Shown here in pieces: positions 55,590 through 64,000 of a stretch of DNA of 64,000 nucleotides. A program made the translations under genes and the position numbers. Every line of letters begins with the position of its first letter. The first letter of the stretch is position 1. Below the pieces are notes generated by a model that saw nothing but the letters and a program-made list of their open reading frames with translations, was not told where the DNA came from and ran no database searches. This stretch comes from Lepidodermella squamata (taxonomy: Eukaryota > Animalia > Gastrotricha), in NCBI GenBank assembly GCA_047495785.1, contig JBLDXI010000003.1, forward strand, positions 1,178,001 through 1,242,000, in the 5' to 3' direction.

Positions 55590-57448
55590 ATGCAACTTTC
55601 GCCTCACGTCCTACTGTTTGTTGTTGTCGCCGGCTGTTATCGCACGCTCTCGCAAAGAACATGCGGCCCATCTCCTGATGTTGAGTATGGCTACGCTGAA
55701 TTTTCGGCCGCATTTTCAATATCCCCCATTGGAACAAAGCGTTTCTTAAAATGTTACTTCAAAGACTTCATTATTGATGGTCCAACAACAATTATCTGCC
55801 AGGATGATGGAAATTGGTCCATTCCTGGTCGCTGCATTAAGAGAGGTTACATTTGCATTCCAGTATCGGTTCACAAATTAATTCGCCTACGATTTTAGGA
55901 GCTCCAACGATATGCAGGCCAGTTTTACCCGATTTCATGCCCACTGCGGAGTTCGATGCGCAATCTGAGGTGGATGATTTCGCTGTTACTCGGCGTTTCA
56001 AATGCAAACCTGGCTATCGACTGAAAGACTCTGATTACATCACTTGCTACTTCGACGAAAACATATGGATCAAGGAAGGAGATTGTATTCCAGGTAAATA
56101 TTCAATTACTCCATCTGATAAACTCATAGTGTTGATTATAGATGAAATAAAGAGATGTATCCCTGAACCTCAAATTCCACATGGAATCGTATACTCTGGT
56201 AACAGTACGATTCGATCGATCAGAGTCATCGAATGCTTCTCTGGTTATCGAATCTATGGCCTTAATAAGATGACCTGTATGGCAGACGGTAATTGGTTCC
56301 AGAACGGATCTTGCGTTCCTGGTTACCCGGATGATTTTTTCAACCGTGGTAAGACTTCGACAACGACCACTCAAGTTACGCCAAGAAACAGGATTACCAC
56401 CATTCGACCATCCTCAACAACAACTGCGGAACCTGATGAGCCAGAGCCAATTGAGGAAATCCCGGAGTTACCCGACCCAATTTGTGATGGAAAGCTACCG
56501 GCTCTTCTGAATGGATGGTATATTGACTATGGATCGTACAAAGAGATTGCCTGTGTCAATGGCTTCATTATCAATGGGACGTCTTACATCCTTTGCACTG
56601 TTGCGGGTTGGTCACAACCTGGAAACTGCGCTTCAATCGATAGCGGTAAACTTATTTCGTTAATTTGTCACTTTGTTATTGAAAGCGTTTTTATTGTTCA
56701 AGTTTTCAAAGAATGTAAATGCGGAATCAGTCCGAAGGTCCAGTCGCAACAGCTGGTAGAGGCTGCAAAATTTGAAACCGAGGCAGTAGTCACGTCGCTT
56801 TTACAAGGCAACGCAGATCCCAACTCACGCGACCCAGGAGATGGCTGGACGCCGCTAATGTGGGCAGCGAACCGAGGAAATGTCCCTATGATGACACAGC
56901 TGCTGAAATGCTGCGCCAGCACGGAGGTGCGCAACGTCGCCCAATCGACCGCTCTGTTATTCGCAGCCAGAAATGAAACGACCAGCGGCCCGCTAGAGCT
57001 GTTGCTAGCCAACAAAGGTACCAACGTTAACACAGTCAATGTTTTCGGCTCAACGGCGCTTCATTTCGCCGCGCAGCGATGTGCGACTAAAAATGTTGAG
57101 CTGCTTATCAACGCCAAGGCTGACGTTGCGGCGAAAGATCGTGACGGAATGACAGCTCTTCATTATACGGCTCGAATTAACTGTGTCGAAGCTGCAAGGG
57201 TCTTGCTAGTTCGAGGTGCCCCGATCGATGCAGTTAATATCAACGGAACCACCCCTTTGATGATTGCTGCGAAATTCGGCAACGCTGCTATCGCAAGGGA
57301 GCTGATCATTAGAGGCTCGAATTTGGATGCTGTCGATATGAATGGAGATAACGCGTTGAAAATTGCGGCGGATTTCGGGAAAATTGATATTGTCAATCTG
57401 ATCACTGTAACACGACGCGTCTCATTACCGAGAAAAGCGAGGCCTTGA
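55590..57448 (+). CDS. Array gene N: close paralogue of M, 4x Sushi + ankyrin module; exons 55590-55845, 55899-56093, 56142-56645, 56703-57448 (~566 aa)
   Basis: Signal peptide MQLSPHVLLFVVVAGCYRTLS; first three exons have the same lengths as in gene M (256/195/504 nt); CKCGISPK cap and KCCAST. Confidence 0.85.
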
Positions 57449-57723
57449 ATTGTGAGAAATAAACTTGATTTTTGGAGAAAAGTCGTGCCATTTTTTAGAA
57501 TCATTTAAGCAAAAAGAAGTGCAGTTCATTGAGCGCACATTTTTCCTGGCGGGGAGAGCGTAGGCCTTATTACGCGCGGTCTCATCGCAATGCGTCGGAG
57601 TATGCACTTGCACTTTTGTGGCGCTTTGAGGCGGAAAAGAGGGCATGCACCCGGGCCTGTCCCAGCTGTTGCAACGAAGCAAGCTTTTTTATACCGTCCT
57701 TACAATAGCATTAAAGTACAACA

Positions 57724-59685
57724 ATGATTAGAGCCCATTTTCTACTTGCTTTCGCTGTGACATGCAGCTTCCTAGCCAAGTCGCGTGCAGAGGAAATGAC
57801 CTATTACTACTTCTTTGACGAAAACGGGCGAAATATTTCGACTAGGCTCCATCCACCAGGGCAGAAGCCTAGCATAGCCTCTTCACCAAAATCAGCAAAG
57901 GAGGCAATGAAAGAGTCTGTTGACGTCCCAGCTCCTATAGAATACGATTTACCACCGACTTTGCCACCAGCCTTGTTCGAAAAAACGCCAGTTAGCGCTC
58001 AGAAGGACGAAGAAATGTACACGCCAATTACATACCCGACTCAACAAGTTTTCACACTACCAGATACCCCGGCACAACCGGCTGTCACTCCGCCTCGCTC
58101 ATCAGCAGGATTTTTCGGAGGTTGGAGAGTCGGGCCACCTCTACCATCTGAACCGCAAGCCGAGGAGCCTGCTACAAGTCCTAGTTCTCCTGCGCCTGTT
58201 TCACCGTCAAGATTCGGAAAGTTGATTCGAGGGTCAAATCGGGATAATGCAATTGATGTCAACCTGCCGATTGATTCAACGCCAACAAGTTCGACTACCA
58301 CCACAACCACTTCCGCGATCACTTCGACTATTCCTACCACCACAACTACCAGGTTTTCAACGGCAGAAACATTGACCCCGGCGGTATCTTCCGTTGGCAA
58401 AGCTGGTGGAAAGTTAATCAAGGGTTGGATGATGAGCCAGCCTTCGACAGCGGCTTCTGTTTCGACTTCTACGACTACTACTCAGGCAACAACGCAAGCT
58501 AGGACCATTCCTTTAACTGTAGCGACTACTACTACTCAGGCAGCAACGCAAGCTAAGACCATTCCTTCAACTGTAAAGACAACTACGTCAGCCGCCACTA
58601 CTCCAATCACTTTGCCAACGCCTGCTAGAGGACGAAGCAGATCGACTTCAACAACTACTCAAGCTTCAAGACTTGCTACTGCTTTGATTTTCACCAGACC
58701 AAAAATGCCTCCTCAAATTTCGACCAGCTCCACCCCAAAACCTACTACAACCCAATTTATAAGCAAAGTTGCCATGAAAGATGATGATGATCTGCCGCCA
58801 CCCATCGACGGAGATGAACTACCGCCACCTTTACCTGATCAACCTGTGTTCGTGGCGAAAAATTCGATGTCAAACAAGGAGGATGACTTGCCACCACCTA
58901 TGGTTGAAATCGAGGTACCTCGAGTCACGTCGACGACTTCAAGACCAGTTATCGTTCAGTATAGGACTAAACCCGTTTGCTGCGGATTGTACCCAAAACG
59001 GCAATCAGAAGCTTTTGTGGCCTTAGTCCAGAATGGAAACGAAACAGCGGCGATTAATTTGCTGAAAGGTCGTGTGGATCCTTACTCGGCTGATGCGGTA
59101 GGATGGACTGGTATAATGCGAGCTGCTAGTTTGGGCAGGGTCGAGGTCATGAAGTTCCTTGTTGCAAATTGTTGTGTCGACATCGATTTTCGAGATGTTG
59201 ATAACACAACAGCTCTCATCTCTGCAAGTCAATACAATCGAACTAGAATGGTTGAGCTACTCCTGGCAAACAAGGCGAACCCGGATCTAAGAGATCTGAA
59301 TAACATGACAGCATTAATGTGGGCTGCAAATAATGGATTAGGCGAAATGGTCAGGATTTTGTTGAGGAGTGGCGCGAAGCCTGATTTGCGGGATAAGGAT
59401 GGAAATTCAGCTCTAATGTATGCCGCTATGTCCAATTGCAGCTCTTGCGCTCGATTTTTGCTGAACAAGGATGCGAGTATCAACCAGCAGAACAAAAAAG
59501 GCCTGACTGCTCTGATGATTGCTGCAAGGGCTCGTTTCGATGGTCTTATGCTTGATCTGTTGAAGGAAGGCGCCGACACTCAAATTCGGGACGCAAACGG
59601 CATGCGGGCTCTGCAGGGTATCCAATTTCCACAGGAACTTTCGCAAGACATCTGGTTTGCCATCAATAACAGGATCATTGCTTGA
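57724..59685 (+). CDS. Array gene O: secreted mucin-like (Pro/Thr/Ser) + ankyrin module, no Sushi, single exon, 653 aa
   Basis: Signal peptide MIRAHFLLAFAVTCSFLAKSRA; ~400-aa P/T/S region; VCCGLYPK cap and NCCVDI; ankyrin repeats. Confidence 0.86.
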   Translation: MIRAHFLLAFAVTCSFLAKSRAEEMTYYYFFDENGRNISTRLHPPGQKPSIASSPKSAKEAMKESVDVPAPIEYDLPPTLPPALFEKTPVSAQKDEEMYTPITYPTQQVFTLPDTPAQPAVTPPRSSAGFFGGWRVGPPLPSEPQAEEPATSPSSPAPVSPSRFGKLIRGSNRDNAIDVNLPIDSTPTSSTTTTTTSAITSTIPTTTTTRFSTAETLTPAVSSVGKAGGKLIKGWMMSQPSTAASVSTSTTTTQATTQARTIPLTVATTTTQAATQAKTIPSTVKTTTSAATTPITLPTPARGRSRSTSTTTQASRLATALIFTRPKMPPQISTSSTPKPTTTQFISKVAMKDDDDLPPPIDGDELPPPLPDQPVFVAKNSMSNKEDDLPPPMVEIEVPRVTSTTSRPVIVQYRTKPVCCGLYPKRQSEAFVALVQNGNETAAINLLKGRVDPYSADAVGWTGIMRAASLGRVEVMKFLVANCCVDIDFRDVDNTTALISASQYNRTRMVELLLANKANPDLRDLNNMTALMWAANNGLGEMVRILLRSGAKPDLRDKDGNSALMYAAMSNCSSCARFLLNKDASINQQNKKGLTALMIAARARFDGLMLDLLKEGADTQIRDANGMRALQGIQFPQELSQDIWFAINNRIIA

Positions 59686-60428
59686 TTTCCGTCAATCCTT
59701 AATATGGTTGAATTATCCGATAGCAGCAATTATTTATCACCAATGCAAGCTAGGTTGAGGTATACGCAAATCATAATCATTTTGCTGAATAAAAACAAAG
59801 TAACGAGTGTAATTCCGGTTGTTTTTGTATATTCGGATACGTGTTGATCTCGAAAAAATGAACAAGATCCTGCAAAGTTAAGCCAATGCTAAGCCAAAAC
59901 CAAGCCTTCGTATCTCGAAAGACACTGTCCCTCGTTTGCAGCGATTTCATGATCATTCGCCATGAAAATCTCCGTTTCAGGCGTTTGTCGATGAGACAAT
60001 TTTGCCTAATAGCCTCTCACAGGATGAGTTAATCATTTGTTTACTTTGAACAGGTACCATGTGAAGTACTTCCTTTTAACTTTTTGCATGTTTTGCTCGC
60101 ATTTACCCGGATAAGCTGATTGCTCTCAAAATTTGATGTTTAGCAACACCATTCATCACATCATCGAAAATTTTAATGCAACTGTATGAAATTGCACCCC
60201 TCTTACCGTTTACCTCTCTAATGAAGCGGCCGCGTGCTAATGAACTGGTGAATAAAAGGCGCGCGGGTAAAAAAGCCGCTTGCACTGGTTGGCCTACAGC
60301 TACAACTGCCAACAGGTCAATAACAATGATCCTCTCATAACACTTTAATTAGTTGATACTGATACGCGGCATACGACGATACAAACACATACACAAATAT
60401 ACGAACATTAACTAAGGGCAGGTGACAG

Positions 60429-62223
60429 ATGGCCACGATACTGCGACACGTCTCGGCTTTGATCTTCGCCGTTGCCGCCCTTCTCCAGGTTCCGGCGGCC
60501 TCAGCGCAGGAATGCCTCCGCCTCCCTAAAATAGAAAACGGAAAATTGGATCTTCTCAACGCTGTAGAGGTAAAAGTTGGAACTACGCTCAACATTGTTT
60601 GCTTCGAAGGTTATACCATCACTGGATCCAAAAATGTCACCTGCTCAGAGAATGGATGGACGCAACCTGGAGATTGCGTTGAAAGAAGTAAGATATTGAA
60701 ATAGTAGCTTCTCGTTAAATAATCATTTGTTCCAGTTACGCTTGGTTGCCCGAGATCGGATGACATTCTTGATGTTCTAATTCCTCATGCTCGCTTTACA
60801 ACACCTGAAATTTTCGAGGATGGATTCGTTATGCGGCGGTATTTTCGGTGTAAAGCTGGCTACAACTTACAGGGGATGGACTTCATCGAATGCGACGATC
60901 CATTTAACACTGAAATGACAGATTGGTCAGCTCTTGGAACTTGCAAAAGAGGTTAGAAGTAATTTCAGAGTTCCAGATTCTCATCTTTTATTCTTCCTTC
61001 AAGACAATTCAATCTGCCCTATGACTCCGGTACCAAATGGAAAGTTCTCTGAGCAAATGTCTGAGGTAGATGGTGGTAATTTAAGACTCATGTTCCGATG
61101 CGACCCTGGTTTCGTACTTCGCGGATCAAATGTCATGTACTGCAATCCTCGTGAAAAGCGTCCTGATTACGCCGGATGGCGAGCATTCGGCCAGTGCCTG
61201 AGACCCGAAACTGAATTCGAATTAATCGACTGCGGACCTCCTCTTGTTGTTGAAAACGCAATTATCGAGTCTGCAGACCCTCGTTTCCGCTCTCGGAGTA
61301 AATTCAGCTGTGCTAGTGATTTCGAATTAGTCGGGAAGAACGAAATTTACTGCGGAGCTTACTCGCAATGGTTCGTCGCTGGAAATTGTGTTCCCATTTC
61401 GGGAAAGTCTAAAATTCAAGAAATGGTCACTGCTGCAATTCGGCGAAGGACTACAACACCGCCGAGAACTACTATTGTACCTGACTCTCCACCCAAATGC
61501 CTATGCGGGACAGCAAGTTCTTACAAATTAATGGATGCTGTCCTGGCTGGAAATATCACAGGGGCTGAGTACCTCCTAACAACAGGACAGGCGAATTACA
61601 ATTCTAGAGATGCGAAGCAATCAGCTTTCATCCTAGCATCTAGAAAAGGCGATGAAGCAATGGTTCGGCTGTTCCTCAAGTGCTCAGAGTGTTTGGAAGT
61701 CGACGCCACTAGCAGTGAAGGATCGAGTGCTTTATTTTTCATAGCTAGAATGGAGAACTCTACAGAATTACTTGGCCAGCTGATTAAAGCTGGAGCGATG
61801 ATTGATTTCCGTAATCGATACTTCTCAACGCCACTTCACTACGCGGCGGCTCATGGCCGAAAGGAGAATATAGAGATGTTATTGAAAGCTGGAGCTTATG
61901 TCAACTCGCAAGATGCTGATGGCTATTCCGCCTTAATCTGGGCAGTTCATGGGAACCATTCAGATTGCGTAGCGCTGTTACTCGAGAATGGAGCGAATGC
62001 CAACGTTCAAAACAGGGCTGGTCTTTCTCCATTAATGATTGCGGCGAGATATGGTTACCTTGAAATTTTAGAGATGCTCCTTCAAGTTAGAAGTATCAAC
62101 CTAGCGGCCAAGGATACCTATGGCTTCACAGCTACAGACTTTGCGTTTCAGTTCAAAAACTACGAAGCAGCCGGTCTTTTGACGATGTTTGAGGTCAGAA
62201 ATTCGGCGAAGAAGGACGCGTGA
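60429..62223 (+). CDS. Array gene P: secreted 4x Sushi + ankyrin module; exons 60429-60687, 60736-60951, 61004-62223 (~564 aa)
   Basis: Signal peptide MATILRHVSALIFAVAALLQVPAASA; CLRLPKIENG and three further modules; KCLCGT cap and KCSECL; STPLHYAAAHG. Confidence 0.85.
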
Positions 62224-62514
62224 GCTGATTACTGATAATTATCTTTAAAACTCGTTGTATTTTTTTGTAAATCTTTCGTCGTCGCTCATTCTGCTCGCTG
62301 ATATGAAGAAAAAAAATAAAAGGCACGTCGAGCAAGTTGACCAACACTAGTAGTTGAATACTTTTAACAAGTTAGTTTATGGTCACGTATGAAGGTTCTG
62401 CTGCTACTGCTGGCCAGGCTCTTGGATTAATAGCATTACGCATAGGCACCTGTGATATCACGATGTAGTTTCTCGCTAGCCTAGAGAATTATTTACACGA
62501 CCGACGTGTTTATC

Positions 62515-64000
62515 ATGATGCTTGTCGTCCTAACCACAATTTTACTATTTGCACTATCAAATGCCGTTGAATTTTGCCCGCGGCAAATCAACATCTTCAA
62601 CGGCAATGTCGATTTCAGTGACGGCCGACCTAATCCTGTCGGAATTCGGCGACCTCTACTATGCTCGAAAGGTTTTATATCCCTTGGCCAACCTTACGTC
62701 GAATGCACATCTGACGGCTGGTTCGTACCAGGAAATTGCATAAATCGAAGTAAGATTTTAAAAACCTCACAGGACGACTTTATCGTGATTTTCTTTTAGC
62801 TTCATTTAGATGCCGGAGATCTGACGGATCATTACCTAAAATCGCATTTTGGGACAGCCCAGAATGGGTTGATGATTATTGGTTCGTAAGGCGTTCTTTC
62901 AACTGTGTTGCTAATTACACCCTGAAAGGATTAAGCTATTACGAATGTGACGAAAATCAGAGAGCTCAATGGAAGGCAAGGGGATTCTGCGAGCTTACCG
63001 AAAATCAACTGACAGTCAAAAAAATCGTGCCAATGTGTTCCGATCTGGCGATGAATTTCCTTCCAAACGCGAATTTCACGGGAAATGCGATTCTAGCTCC
63101 GGCTGGGTATTACACAAGATTTTTCCGCTGTAATCCCGACTATTACCTATTTGGAAGCTCCCCGACTGCGTTGTGCAATCCAAATGAGAAGAGAAGTGAA
63201 TACTCTGGTTGGAAAATTCTTGGATCATGTCGACAAGGTTTGATTTATAATCCATCAATTTTTGGCTTAATTTTCTTGTTTTCAGATCCGATGAATTTCC
63301 CAACATGCCCCGAACCTATAATCGAAAATGGGCAAGTTCGAGTAGGAGCGAACACATTCTCCTCCCGCCGCTTCTTCCGCTGCGCTGCTGGCTATGAATT
63401 GCTTGGCGTCAACCACATTATTTGCACTCTAAATGGAACTTGGTTCACCGCAGGAGGCTGTGTACCAGTTGGACAGACAACTATGTTCCCAGCTACAACA
63501 ATTGCCGCCACTACCACGATAAATTATCCTTCTATTTTCGAGTTCGTGTCATTTCGCTCCCGTGCGCTGTCTAATACTAGTTCGCAGCTACCGTATTTTC
63601 GAAACAGCACTACAACTATGCAACCTAGCGTTGCCAGGATAACTATTCAACTAAAGACGACACTCAGGCCGAGAACAACAATGGGAGATTCTCCATTTCA
63701 AGCAATCACTCGGCGCAGGTCAACAACAGTTGCCCCCACTCAAGGAATCCCCCAAGGAATCATGAGATCAACTCAGGGGCAACTAAACACATGTATTTGT
63801 GGAGAAATCAACTCGCCAGACCTGGTCGCAGCAGCGAAATATGGAAACATTCAAACAGTTCAGTATCTCTTATCAAACGGGGCAAGTTACAATTCCGTTG
63901 ACGAAGCAAATCAAACGGCGCTACATGCTGCAATTCGAAATAACCAACAGCGAGTTGTTGAGATTTTCATGTCATGCGTTGAATGCATCAACCTCGAGGC
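62515..64000 (+). CDS. Array gene Q (3' truncated by window edge): secreted 4x Sushi + Thr-rich linker + ankyrin module, paralogue of P; exons 62515-62749, 62800-63237, 63286->64000
   Basis: Signal peptide MMLVVLTTILLFALSNA; manual translation gives four Sushi modules, a TCICGE cap, QTALHAA and MSCVEC. Confidence 0.82.

Noticed and set aside
24250-64000. Interpretation as a bacterial/endosymbiont ankyrin island or contaminant contig
   Set aside because: The ankyrin exons are joined in frame to spliceosomal-intron-containing Sushi exons with poly(A) signals, and are contiguous with typical animal genes.
24250-64000. Assignment to known genes (ankyrin-1/2/3, Notch, CSMD, SVEP1, factor H, latrotoxin)
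   Set aside because: No ZU5/death, EGF-LNR-TM, CUB, vWA/pentraxin or latrotoxin N-terminal domains, and no TM segment separates Sushi from ANK, so no gene symbol was given.

Overview
This is eukaryotic (animal) genomic DNA from a compact-genome invertebrate, with GT-AG introns mostly about 50 nt, AATAAA signals and very short intergenic gaps. The taxon cannot be fixed from the sequence alone. The left third (1-22.7 kb) holds conserved genes: two tandem cytosolic 5'-nucleotidase II (NT5C2-like) paralogues on the minus strand, then a membrane-anchored histidine acid phosphatase, GID8, PSMD4/Rpn10, SPCS1 and USP5/13 on the plus strand. The long introns of these genes carry LINE, piggyBac and Zator-like transposon debris, fold-back elements and roughly 10-bp periodic A/T runs. 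The right two-thirds (24.2-64 kb, running off the window) is a head-to-tail array of at least 17 genes that I modelled by hand. All encode signal-peptide proteins with no visible membrane anchor, built from Sushi/CCP modules, Thr/Ser/Pro-rich mucin-like linkers and ankyrin-repeat modules: 12 Sushi+ANK, 4 Sushi-only, 1 mucin+ANK. The ankyrin modules look adapted to the extracellular space: cap and repeat-2 cysteine pairs co-vary (likely disulfides) and N-glycosylation sequons are frequent. This diversified family of secreted Sushi-ankyrin proteins is the main candidate for an undescribed system. All exon structures are manual predictions without transcript evidence.
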